Source: Lytechinus pictus
Lineage: Eukaryota
Direction of reading: 5' to 3'
Assembly: GCF_037042905.1 (NCBI RefSeq)
Contig: NC_087251.1
Span: forward strand, 32,800,001-32,864,000
DNA length: 64,000 nt
How positions within the stretch are numbered: position 1 is the first letter of the stretch; every line of letters starts with the position of its first letter. Made by a program: the position numbers and the translations under genes. The notes under the pieces are model-generated. The model ran no database searches. It saw only the letters and a list, made by a program, of their open reading frames with translations, and was not told where the DNA came from. Of this stretch, positions 24,284-36,530 are shown in pieces.

Positions 24284-24866
24284 AGGAGAATGAAACTCTT
24301 GGAGCAAGTTAGCTTTTGTGAAAGCAGAAAAATCAAAGAATAAGATCAACAAAACTTTGAGTAAAATAGGACTAGCAATAAAAGAGTTATGAGCATTTGA
24401 ATGTCGAGATCACTAATGCTATGGAGATCCTCCCATTGGCAATGCGACCAAGATCTGTGATGTCACACACGTACAACTCTCCCATTCGGACACTGAAAAT
24501 ATACCCCAAAACATCTCTTTTTGCTCATTCTAATCATATGACAAACGATTCATCAATGATATCATGTTGTGAAACCTCTGTACTTGTCATCTCATAAAGA
24601 AAACACCTAACATTGTGATAGACTCTATAAAAGTGAGAATATAAGTGAAATAAGTACTAAAGTAATGAGGGAGTTGTACGTGTGTGATATCACAGATCTT
24701 GGTCGCATTGCCGATGGGAGGATCTACATGGCACTAGTGATCTCAATATTCAAATGCTCATAACTTTCTTATTATTCATTCAATCTTCCTCAAACTTTCA
24801 ACAATATGTTTCTTTTATTTTTCTCTTTGATATGGATTCAGCTAGTTTCAAGGGTTTCATTCTCCT
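24284..24866. mobile_element. Kolobok-like foldback MITE with TTAA TSD
   Basis: TTAA at 24280-24283 and 24867-24870, AGGAGAATGAAAC / GTTTCATTCTCCT termini, about 200-bp imperfect arms. Confidence 0.85.
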
Positions 24867-25605
24867 TTAAACATCTCTCTTGTTATTTGGCTGTAGATTA
24901 TTTAAATATATCATGAAATACCAAATTTGTTGACATAAATAATGTACGCTGTAGCAAAATTGAAATCGTATCGTGAGATATTCCTATGTCAATATTTGAC
25001 ATCCCTCATTCCCATTTGTAAAGGAATTTTTTAGAATATGTTGGATTCCTTTTGCTTTCAAAACCTTGAAATGTTTTATTCCTAAATATTAAAATTCAAT
25101 CGACTCTTCAGTCAAATAAATATTGAAGTAAGAATTTCTTAATCTTATATTTGAAATAAAGTTCTATTTCATAAATTATAACTTAAAACATTCCATGTAT
25201 GTACTATTCTGTACTTTCAAATCACAGATATACATTATGTATTATTACAATAAAGTCTTTACAGGGTCTATATTTATGGCAAGGCAGTGTTTACATGTAA
25301 TATTGATGTGGAAAAATCATGCAAGATTGATTTTTTAATGAAAATTTATATTTGAAGTACAAAAAAGAAAATGTGTGTGTATTATTTCACCCAGCTGTCG
25401 TCTCACATGAGAATGTGTTATACCTCGAGCTGTTTAATCTTTAAGATACTTGTCCCTTAGTTTTAGTCTGTTTGTAAAGATAATCTGGCTATTTCTTGTT
25501 TAAATTATAAATGCTTCCATGCTTTTTCAAAATTAAGTACGATCATGTCAAGAGAAATCTTTTGTGATTATGCTAAATCGCAATATCCATCATGTTTGGT
25601 TCATA

Positions 25606-26712
25606 TTTTTGTCTCCCTGCATAGCAGAAAGAGACTATAGGTGCCGCTTTTCAGGAATCCTGACTTAGTTCAGACTCAAACATTTGGGATGGATTTCCCC
25701 GCAATATCCTGATTAACATAACTTGAAATTGAGTAAAAAAACGCAGCCCCACTAGCATTACTAAGGTCAGCATAAATAACAAGATAAGTGTTGTATACAT
25801 AATAGTCTTGTGTTTTGGATGGTTATATGATGATGTCATGATATTTGTTGGAATTGTCACTGTATCTGCGCTGCAGCTATATGAATTACATAATAATAAT
25901 AATAATAACTAACAATATTCAACATTTATATAGTGCATAATACAATGTTTCTAAGCGCTGCATACTATTACCCTGGCTTGGGCGCGGCTGCTGTGATCGG
26001 GCACTCGAGCATTCAAGGAATTTTTTCGAAAGGGTGCCCATTTACTACACCTGTGAATGCAAAGGTATATAAATGCCTTTTTCTTCCTACAAAAAAAAAT
26101 TCCCCCATTTTGCTACATAAAAAAATCATAGGGGGAGGGGCTGCCACCCCCCCCCCCCCTGCTGTCCCTATAGTGCAGTCTCATTGAGTGTGATACACAT
26201 TTCCCATAAATCATTGGATGTTCATTGAGTTGCTAATCTATTCATATCAGCCCCTTTTCACCTGACATGAATAGGTGATGCTAGTGGGCTGCATTTTCAA
26301 CTCAAAAGCAATTTATGCTAATTAGATTCGAGTCAAACAAGGTTAGGACTCAGATCCATGTAGGAAGGCTATATAATTGCTTTATTTTGGTTGCAATTTT
26401 TTTTTACAAATGAGTCTTTATCTCACCTTTTTTTCATATAAATGGATGATAATATCACTTTAAAAAGACTTGAGGTTAAGATAATATGGATGTAATCTAT
26501 CTTTAACAACAGGCATCAGAGATTAGATGAGAATGATATCAGGGGCCCGTTTCATAAAGGACTTGCAACTACCATGTTACCATGGTAGTTGCCATAATGG
26601 CAAAGTTACAACAGTTGCAAGTCCTTTATGAAATGGGCCCCAGGTTACAGGGTCAAGGTCACTTTGGAAAAGAATTGATATTTTGTTTCTCCATTTGCGA
26701 GACTGGCAGAGG
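25606..26712 (+). mobile_element. Degenerate copy of the Helentron/HINE-like element, hosting a SINE fragment and a MITE
   Basis: 5' end GTCTCCCTGCATAGCAGAAAGAGACTATAGGTGCCGCTTTTC matches 1610-1652, and GCGAGACTGGCAGAGG at 26697 matches 2740-2755. Confidence 0.55.
26543..26640. mobile_element. 98-bp palindromic MITE, CAG TSD
   Basis: GGGCCCGTTTCATAAAGGACTTGCAACT / AGTTGCAAGTCCTTTATGAAATGGGCCC with CAG on both sides. Confidence 0.85.
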
Positions 26713-27740
26713 TTATTTATTATTGTTCTTATTATCAAACTATATTTCATTTATTTATATTTATGACGTTGTGATCAACTCCTTCAACCGATCTTTCAAG
26801 TGACTTGCATGTGTTTTAATGTATAATCTGCTTCCAATGGAACTAGTGCATATATGGAACAAAACCAACCAAACAACAGCTGAGCGATGGGATATACTAG
26901 TATAACAATGCTGTTAAAACAGAAGAAATTTTCTTTCTCCTGGCTGCAACTTGGTGCCATAATCATTGCAATAATAATGTATTTAATAGAGAATTAGTAG
27001 GTCTATATGACAAGACTACACAGATCAATGTTGCATTGTGGGTAAGGAACCCGACCAGGCTCAAGTAGTTGAGGACTTGAGCTGGTGTGCTACACAGGGC
27101 CGCTGGTTCGCATTGGCTTTAACAAATGTTTTGAATACATGTTTAATGAATTTATGTGACTGATTCATCTCCCAATGTCAAACTTAATGTTCATTTAATT
27201 GCAATCACAAATGAACTATTCATTGGTTATGTCATTTAAACTCATGGGGACAATCTGTCCTAATTAATCACAAATGTCCCTTTGAAGACAATTTTGGAAA
27301 CTTTTGTGAAATGTTTTTGCCCCAAGCTGAAATGCTCAACTTACATTGGTGCAATTCTTGCCCTGTAATGATACCCTTTCAAAGTAATTCCCCTTTATTT
27401 TTATGAAATAACACTAAAGAGGGATATTACACATTTATTAATTTTTTTTTATTTTTTAAATTGGACTTTAATTTTTTTTTTTTAAAGTCAAACAAATACA
27501 TGTAAATGAGAAAATTATAGAGGTGTAAAAAATGAGATTGCTTACAAACAATAGCATTACCTAGGTGGCCAATTAGAAATTCCCATAGGTATAGTGAATA
27601 GAAATTCCTAACTTCTTGTTTAGCAGATATTCTTTGAACTGTCCCTTGTTTGATTTATTTTCCAAACAACTTTCCACTCAGGTCAGTTTCCCCATTGAAT
27701 ATCCACAATTTTGGAGAGAGGTGAACCTTATAATCACAGT

Positions 27741-28056
27741 GGCCCGTATTCTGAAGACAGGTTTAACTTATACCATGGTCTAACTCTGTTCTAAAATTCT
27801 GGAAAGCCAAATATGTCAAAATTTTCCTTGTATGTTTATGTTAACTGTGCTCTTTCCTAAGTTGTGAATGGTGAACAAAGCTAGCTTATTGATCCTTCCG
27901 AAACAGTTTGAATGATTTGAGAGAAAAATGAACTGATTCATTGGAATTATACTGTTACAGATCTATGCCACTTTTGGCTATCCATACTTAAACCACAACT
28001 TTAAACTAGAGTTTGAAACTAGAGTTTGAATTAAACCAGACTTCAAAATACGGGCC
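27741..28056. mobile_element. GGCCCGTATTCTGAA MITE family copy, AGT 3-bp TSD
   Basis: TIRs plus AGT at 27738-27740 and 28057-28059. Confidence 0.82.
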
Positions 28057-28406
28057 AGTATAATTTATTTTCTTTGTACCTTTGTAGACCACAAGAATGA
28101 ATGTATAATTTTTATAAATGTAGAGAATAACAGGATGGAAACATCTCAAAGACCAATTTTTTTCTGAAATTCAATCTCGAGCAAGCATTTACGCTGTCAG
28201 CTCACAAACTCGCAATCTAATGAATCCAGTACTAAAATCTTGCTTGTGTTACTGTATGTATCGATGGGTTATGAGAAACTTCTTGCCATTTTCAATTAAT
28301 CTCTTCCTTGCACAAGTATTTGCACATGCATGTACCTATGAAGTATTAATCTTTAGATGATTTGAGAGATGTACTTGCACATGTTTGTAATCGACATTCT
28401 TTAAAC

Positions 28407-29060
28407 CCCTATTCCACAGAGAGCAAGACCTCTGAAAGACTGCTGTAAGACAATGAAACTTACTTGATCTTTCAAAGGTTTTTCAACAAACTTTCAAAGA
28501 TCTCCGAGGTCTTTCACGATTCCTGATGGATCTTTTAGTGGTCTTCATGATCTCCAAAACTTTTTGAAACGGTTCAAAATGGTCTTTCAGCAGTCTTACA
28601 GGAAAATGGCCTTTTGGTGTTCTTTCAGCAGTCTTTCAGTGGCCTTCCAATGAAATTTCAAAGTTCTTATTAGTCTTTCCATGATCTTTGACACTCAAGA
28701 TTTTTGCGGAGATCACTGTAAGACTCATGAGAGATCATAATTCAGGGGTGTGAGTGGTCACAAATTAAAAGATCTGAAAAAAGCTGAAGAGTGTTGAAAA
28801 AGTCTGAAACAGAAAGAGCTCCCATACTTTTTGTACAGAGGAAGGCCAAAAATAAGCTGAAATTAAGCTGAAAATCAAAACAAAAAAAATCTGAACTCTC
28901 ACACCCCTGATAATTGAAAGATCATTGAAAGACCAGGCAAAGTCCATTTTAAATTTCTTTGAGGGGTCTTTCTGAGCCATTCCACAGAGATGACAAACTT
29001 CAATGATCTTGGAGGCTGCAGTTAGACCTTGCCAATTTTTGGTCTGTGGAATGAGGGCCT
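28407..29060. mobile_element. Harbinger-like MITE (CCCT-ATTCCACAGA ends) with a nested 167-bp element at 28743-28909
   Basis: ATTCCACAGA / TCTGTGGAAT terminal IRs, internal GAAAGAC/GTCTTTC repeats. Confidence 0.6.
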
Positions 29061-31209
29061 TAAGAAATGCATTTGAAATATATATTTCATATTCTGTCTG
29101 TAATCTGGTCTAAGCTTGAAAATAAGTTTTGGTAAATCCCTCAAATAGTATATAATATGCTACTATTCTAAATTTTTACTAGATTATATGAATGTGTATG
29201 CCTTGAAACAGTTAAGATGTGGAGGATGTAAAATACAAATTGTTTACAATTCACATAATTACCCTTTTCTCATACAAAACAGCAAAGAAAAATCATTCCA
29301 AATGAAGTCTGACATTTCAAAGCAGACAGAGCTGTATTTAATTGAAATTTAACCACACATCAAGACATTTAAATGAGAGTCCACAATATGGACTTTAGTC
29401 AGTAACATGCCAGTCTGAAAAGATTATATTACGTTAACACAGTACTAATGCACATTAAAAAAAAATAGAATGTCTGAATTTTCACATGTGACATGTAATG
29501 AAGATGGTTTTTTGCACCTGCACCTTCAACAACCCTTTCAGTAGAGACATTCTAATATTTTCATCTGCATTATGAAATAAGCCTGTAGAATATTGTTTTG
29601 TTTATCATTCCATCGAATGTGCTTTCAGCATTGACAGTGTAAAATCTATTTATTGATATGGTATCAAAGGGTTTTGTTTTTGGTTATGTCTTTCATGCAC
29701 TTCCATTCCTTTGCATCAGAATGTTTACTTTGAATAAAATTTCGTTCGAAGCACAATAAAATGAAAAGGAAGGTATTTGTTGACTTGTGTTCTTTTTAAT
29801 TATAGCTTTGGAATAGAGGCAAAGGAAAGTAATACACAACGAAAATCAGAGTTCAAAATAATTGCTTTTAATACTTTTGTATTCAGATCAACTTTTCATT
29901 TTAGCTTTGGTCAGGGGATTAAAAAAAAAATAGGGGGTCATACCATGTTTCACAGAATACGGATACTTAATGTACACATATAAGCAGAATTTTTCATGGA
30001 TTATCAAAGAAAAGTGACCCCCCCCCCCAAAAAAAATGACCAGCAGCCAAGAAGATTAATTCAAGTATACAAGATACCATACCATGACCTCTTGATTCAA
30101 TGGGGCAAACCCCAACCCTCACAAAATGACCAGCAGCCTAGTCTGAGCTGGGTTCTTCTTGACAAAATCACACAATATGTGACATCACTACTGAGAGACA
30201 TATTTTTCAGTGTATAGAGAAGGGCACTGGATACTGTTGTGTATGGTATACAATTTGCCACAATGAGAGTGCTTTATTAATGATATTTTGTGAAGCCAAA
30301 TAGTATGCAAGACAATGTATCAACTTTCCAAGTGATTATGTTGCTAGGGGCAACAATTAATTTTCCCAACTACACCCTTTCCCTCTTCCTTGCCATAAGA
30401 ATTAATCTCCTTTGTCTTTTTCATTCACCCTTGAACAAAACCACCTCATTTCCTTTAATCTGCTCCCTTCCTTACAACCATTTCCCCTCCCATCCCCCCT
30501 TCTCCCTTCTAAATGAATAGCAGTTAATCCATTGATTGTGCTCTCTTCCCATACCTCCCTGTACTATCCATCCAGGGAAGCTTTCATGAAGATTTTTGTC
30601 AGTGATTTTCACCAACAAATCCTTGCATCTGATTGGCTTAGAGCAAATTAGTGATAATCACTAACAAAAACTTGTCATGAAATGCTCCCTGTATCTGCCC
30701 ATTTTCAATCATTTCACATTCTTTCAACATTATCTATCTATGACTGACCCTATAATGTTCTAATTTTCAAATTAATATTTTTTAGTATTGTTTCTAATTT
30801 TTTTTTTTTTGGGGGGGGGAGTTTAACTTTTCAAAAGAGCAAATGGAATATATAATTTCAAAAATAAATATACCCTTTCTGTACATGATGCGATCGCGTT
30901 TCTATGAATTTCAGTGAACACTGCATTTTGATCAAAATAGAAACCAACAGGAAAAAGAATTTATTTTTATTTATTAATTTATTCATTCACCATCATACAA
31001 GAACCAAATGTTTGCTTGCATACTGTATCCATCACAAAACCATGAACTCTGAGAGATCAGGCGAGGCACCGACAATGAAAGATAGATCTAATAAGTTAGG
31101 ACCTCAACACAGGCTTGTCCTGAGGGAGTACACTTCATATCCCACATTGGTTTATAATACCCCATCAATCATTGCAATACAATGCATGAACCCTAGTAGT
31201 GAAGCAAAA

Positions 31210-31530
31210 TGTCAAATTTCAGAGACGACACCCAATAAAATTTCAAAAAAATCTTTCCATGGAAACAAGAAACCATTTCTTCAGCCAAATGGTCATCAAG
31301 AACCAATGACAACTCTCACAGACAACACCCAATAAAATTGCTCAAACTTGTTTCAGACTGGATGGAGGAAACCACTTCTTTAGACAAAGGGTCATGGAGC
31401 GTTGGAACAATCTACCAAATCATGCAATGTCAAATCTGACAGACAGCACCCAACAAAATTTCCCAAAGTTCTTCCACAGTGGATATAGGAAACCATTTCT
31501 TTAGCCAAAGGGTCACTGTTAGAAAAATCT
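31210..31530 (+). mobile_element. CR1-type LINE 3'-end relic, tandemly triplicated
   Basis: Three units begin GACRRCACCCAAYAAAATT; the middle unit translates RNHFFRQRVMERWNNLP. Confidence 0.6.
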
Positions 31531-31833
31531 ACCAATCACTGCCCTACCCACAGACCGGAAAATGGATGAATGAACAGCCTAGCATCACTTCATGTCAAGC
31601 TTCAGGACCTGGCTGAGAAACTTCTCTGACATGATCAAAGGAACTACAGGCAAAAAGGAAATACTTCTATGATGGTCTGCAAATTATGCATTGTATGATC
31701 ATTGCAAAGATATGAAAGACCCACAAGTTCACATTAAATATTTTTAGATGGCACAAGATCATAAGCAAATTGAATCATAGAGTGGAGGCCCTTCTCCAAA
31801 TATAAATGGTAAGCAGATACATGCATACCTTAA

Positions 31834-32304
31834 CCCTATTTAGCCCGAGGGAGGGGGGGGTCTTTTTTTAAGCCCCCAACAACATTTTTTGAGATAAATC
31901 TGTGAAGACTAGGCCACAACCCGCCCTTTGATGACTCCAGTGAAAAATAGGCTAATGATGAATTTTTAGCACGTGTGAAACAAAACTAGAACATGATTAG
32001 AATCACGAACGCTAATCACAATCACGAATTCAAATTCTATTCCGGAGGTGATACAATCATCATGCACTCATTATAGTTTGTATCTGTGATGCAGTGCTTT
32101 GATTGACAAGTCACCAAGGACACATCCCACCTTCACTTGGGAATTCAAATTCAAGAGAACATGTGAAATTAATCAGAAAAAATTTGATGAGAACCCTAGA
32201 GATAGTGTCCAGATCAACAACTGAGATCGGGGGGGGGGGGGGGGGGGGGCTAAAAGCTCCCCTTCCCGTCTTTGTAATTTCAAAATAGCCTGGACTATGT
32301 AGGG
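31834..32304. mobile_element. piggyBac-like MITE
   Basis: TTAA-CCCTA...TAGGG-TTAA. Confidence 0.65.
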
Positions 32305-34292
32305 TTAAACATAGTAACTTCCCCTCACTTTAAGGGATAACATTTCTGAATACCTGAATGTGATGAAGTTTCCTCTGAACAGGAAATCTATTCAAATTTC
32401 ATTCCAAAGAGGGTGTTTCTTCCTGGACACATGTTGACAAATACTTCAAGAATCTGCCTTATTAGAATTCAAACAAGTGCAATGTGGTTTAATAAGTAGA
32501 GTTATAGGCTATTGCTCAGAAAATGTATCAAATGTATGTCGTTTCCCTCTTGGTGACAATACTGGCATGCATGAGGAGCAGAAAATAGCCTTTATTGACT
32601 CTGACTCTGTAAAACCAAGACATGCCTTTCATTTCATCTGAGTCGAATAACTCCAGGAACATCCAATTAACACCAATTAATATCAAATGGCTGGAAAAGA
32701 CAAAAATGACCAACTGGAACTAGATCCAATGAGGATTCCGCTAATGTCACCACAATGAGGCCAACACTCTCACAACATATCAGCATTTGTGATTCCAAGA
32801 AGTGTGTGACTTGCTTGAGGTTTTGAAGAGCTCTGGATATCATGCGTAAGCTGAACGGAACACCATTCCTTGTGGTCAGACAGTACTTGAAGAATATTGC
32901 AACATTACCAGATTCCAAACACTAAATATAAAGATATCGTATGCCACTAAAACAAATTTATGTTAACATACGTTGCTCTCTCTTTTCTTTGCGCAGAACA
33001 AATGGTTACCTGCGTCGATTTGGTGTGCAAACCAGTTTTTGATCAATCTTGATCAATTCCACTGAGCTCCAAACCCATATTGTCTAAACTGCTCCATCAA
33101 TATTTCAAATATCAATATGGGTCAACTTGAAACACTACACTGGCAAGGCTCTAGAAATCAAAATTTGACATTGCACTTCTGAAACAAGATTCCATACTTA
33201 CATATATTGCTCTGATTGAAGGAGTATTTTTTTTTCAACACATTGTGGAAAAACCATTAAAGCGCACAACCCTCATAAAAATGGGTGAAAAATTTATATC
33301 CGAAGTTGAATATTTGGGCAGACAAACCTATATTGAGAATCTACCTTGATCATCACATATCTTAACATTCGTGCAGTCCACATTATCTCTTCACATTCTG
33401 TGGTTACATGATGGATACACACTCGGCATTAGCACAACATGAGGTTCATGTAGGTTCATGGTGAAATGACCGAGTAAAGATTGAAATATTAATTCAAATT
33501 AGTCTGACCAAAAAATACATACAGAAAAGGAGATATATTGCAAAATAATTCACATTGCTCTGCATTAAAAAAATAACAATATCAATGTCTGTATATATGA
33601 ATTTCTTATAAAAATTGTTTATCTTCTTAGCACATTCTAATCTTAAATCAGTCATGGAAAATATCATGTTGCATCAATGTGAAACAAAGATAAAGTTAGA
33701 GCAACAGCTAGAACAAATAGTACTGGGAGGTATATAAAGAAAGACTATTATCAGTGGATTGACACACAGCCAACAAAAGGGTACAGAAATGGGATGAAAT
33801 TATAGTAAAGGTAAAGAGAAGGAATTACACAATCATTAAAAGGAGAGATAAAATCCTGATATTGAGAAAATTGCCACCCAATATTTTCACAAAGGTTATT
33901 GCCCTCAGTACATAAGTACTGGAAAACCGATTGCATTGTCTCACATACTTCAGGCTACACAAAATATCATTCTTAAAGCACTTACATTGTGGTAAGTTGT
34001 ATACCATGCAGAACTGTGTCCAGTGCACTTCTCTGCACACTGAAAAATAGATCTCTTCGTAGTGATGTCACTAATTGTGTGATTCTGGCAGGAAGATCCC
34101 AGCTCAAACCAGACAGGTAGCCATGTTTGTAAGGTTTAGGGCCTACCACCATCGATCAATGAGGTCAGCAGCTATGGTCCTGCAACTTGAAAGAATCTTC
34201 TCAGCTACTGGTCTTACATTCTTTTTCAAGAAAAAAAAAGAAATCATGAATAAAAAGTAAGCAAACCATATAGTACAATCAAAGACCATAGT

Positions 34293-34516
34293 CAGGGATA
34301 GAGATTTTCCATTTCAAAACATGGTCATTTCCGTCTCTGAAAACCTACAATTCTGTTTCAAACTTGATCTAAAAATGGAGATCCTGTTTTTTACACAGCA
34401 ATAGCATGAATTCCGTTTGCAAAGGTAAACTCCATGAAATATCACATGAAAAGTAGACAACCAAAAACAATTTTCTGATTTGATTTACCAGTATTAAACA
34501 GAAAATTACTGTCCCT
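34293..34516. mobile_element. CAGGG-ended MITE (related copies about 13503-13640 and 49746-49915)
   Basis: Shared GATTTTCCRTTTCAAAA..AACTTGATCTAAAAAT interior in three places, AGGGA / TCCCT ends. Confidence 0.6.
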
Positions 34517-35519
34517 AATATACAGTACATGTCGGGCAGGTCCAAGCTATTTTACATACAGGTAAGAGACAAATCAAAGTGGGGTTTTGCAAAGATTTGA
34601 GAATATCTAAAATAGAAAAAAATGCTCTAAAACTTTCATTTGCATGTGAAAAATAAGGGATCATAACAACGAATAGTATGTACATTTTGTTGCTTTCCCT
34701 TAGTATCTAAGCAGCAGGATTGTCTCTGAAGTGAATGATTTATGTATTCACATCCAACTGTTCATAATCATTGGTAGGTTGGTAAAATATTTATAATACA
34801 AATAATACACAGTTCTTGTATAGCGCATATCACAATTATGAATAATGTCTCTATGCGCTTCCAATTTATGACAATATACACAAGCAATATCCAAATCCCA
34901 TGTACATTGGCTATTATCCAATGATCATGCAACTTGTCCAGACCATACTCTACTTACATTTATGAAAGCATGTAGGTATGTTCATGAAATTACCTTCTTA
35001 TTCTGTGCATTCCAGATAAAAACAAATCCAAGAATCAATCTTTTATCAGAGCTAAATCACTATAGATTTTATCAAATAAAAAGTCTAGCTCTTCTTCTTT
35101 TAGCATGTGAAATTTGAATATTCATACTTCACACATGATGGACTAAAAACAATTTGAAGAGAGGCCTCCATCCATTTGAATTTTCATTATTTCATTTGAC
35201 ATCTGAAATGCACAAGACCACCCCCCTTCTCATTCAGTGCAATCATTGCCATTCTACATAATTTAGCATACAATTTCTACATGTACATGATATAATATAA
35301 CCTCCACATTAACTTGGTCTAAAAAGAACGGTAAATTAATGTGTAATGAATTATTAAAGAAACGTTAAATGAGTAACAACCAAAACCGTTATTTTCAATA
35401 CAATACACATGTCAAATAAAACATGTACAGAATGAATTGGGATAAGCCAACATCTCTGTCTTCATAATTGAGTGACCTTTGACCTCAAGACCTCAGCGGA
35501 TACTGATATGATGCACTAG

Positions 35520-35663
35520 GGGTCCGGTGCAGAAAGAGTTGCGTTTAAACCCAAGTCAAAAATAAATCGCAAGTCCGAAATGTGTGCTGTTGATTGGTAG
35601 AAAATCAAGTTACGCATGATTTTTAGAGTTGCGATTGATTGCAACTCTTTTTGCAACGGGCCC
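35520..35663. mobile_element. GGGCCC-ended MITE
   Basis: GGGTCCGGTGCAGAAAGAGTTGC / GCAACTCTTTTTGCAACGGGCCC, TAG/CAG flanks. Confidence 0.7.
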
Positions 35664-36530
35664 CAGGACAGGTTTTCACATTGAGTTAAGTGTGACTAAG
35701 CTGCGATTAAACACCAATGCACGCTTGGTATCTAATGTGTAACCTCATTAACAAAAAAACAATAGTGTGCATCCTCTAATCATGATCTGACCAATGCGGT
35801 GATGCATTATATACCAAAAGTAAATGGGAGTCTTAACTGGGAGCAGGGGTGTATCCAGCATGAGATCCTACAAAGCATTACATAGGCCAAATTGTCTGGG
35901 GACAATAGTATTATGCTTGTGTCTAGGCCTACACATTTCTTTATCATAGCTGATGCTGGATACGCTATTGGGGAGTTTGACTTAAAATCACACTTAAACT
36001 GTTTTAGAGGTGCCATGGATAAGCAGCGTGTTGCAGAGCTGTGGAAATATGTGCGCTGGGCATGCAATGCGATTGCACTGAGATGCAATTGGCAACTTGT
36101 GGTAATCGGATATTTGTGCAATCGCGTCGCATAGTGTGCGGCACTAGATTTAAGTTGCAAGACAAGGTTTTCTGTAGTCAATGAAAGGGGTTATGGGACT
36201 TCAAAACTCACATTAAGAAAAATCTTCTGATAAAATATTCGAAAAGCCTTTTTCTTTATTTTACAAACTGCTAAGATTTTCAACATAAATGATGTGTAGA
36301 GTGCATAGTTATAATTTTTCATTTGGGATTATTTTAAAGTTTAAAGTAGATTTCACCTTGACTTTATTATTGTGGGTTTTTAGCTGGAAGTTACACTGCA
36401 TACGACTTATGTTCTTTCCTCCCTCTCTCAAAGAGGCTTCATATATTACAGCAATTATATGATATACAATGAACTACAAATTTTACCTTGACCTAAAACG
36501 ATAATGGAAGTTCAGTTGAACTCAAGAACT

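Noticed and set aside
27030..27085. ZNF143/Staf-like site (TTACCCACAATGCAAC on minus) next to a small hairpin
   Set aside because: An isolated motif with no recognisable snRNA, tRNA or promoter nearby, so it could be chance.
33010..33150. Exon-like segment on the minus strand (AG ... CAG|GTAACC)
   Set aside because: All three frames contain stops, so there is no evidence for a coding gene between TTC13 and CCNK.
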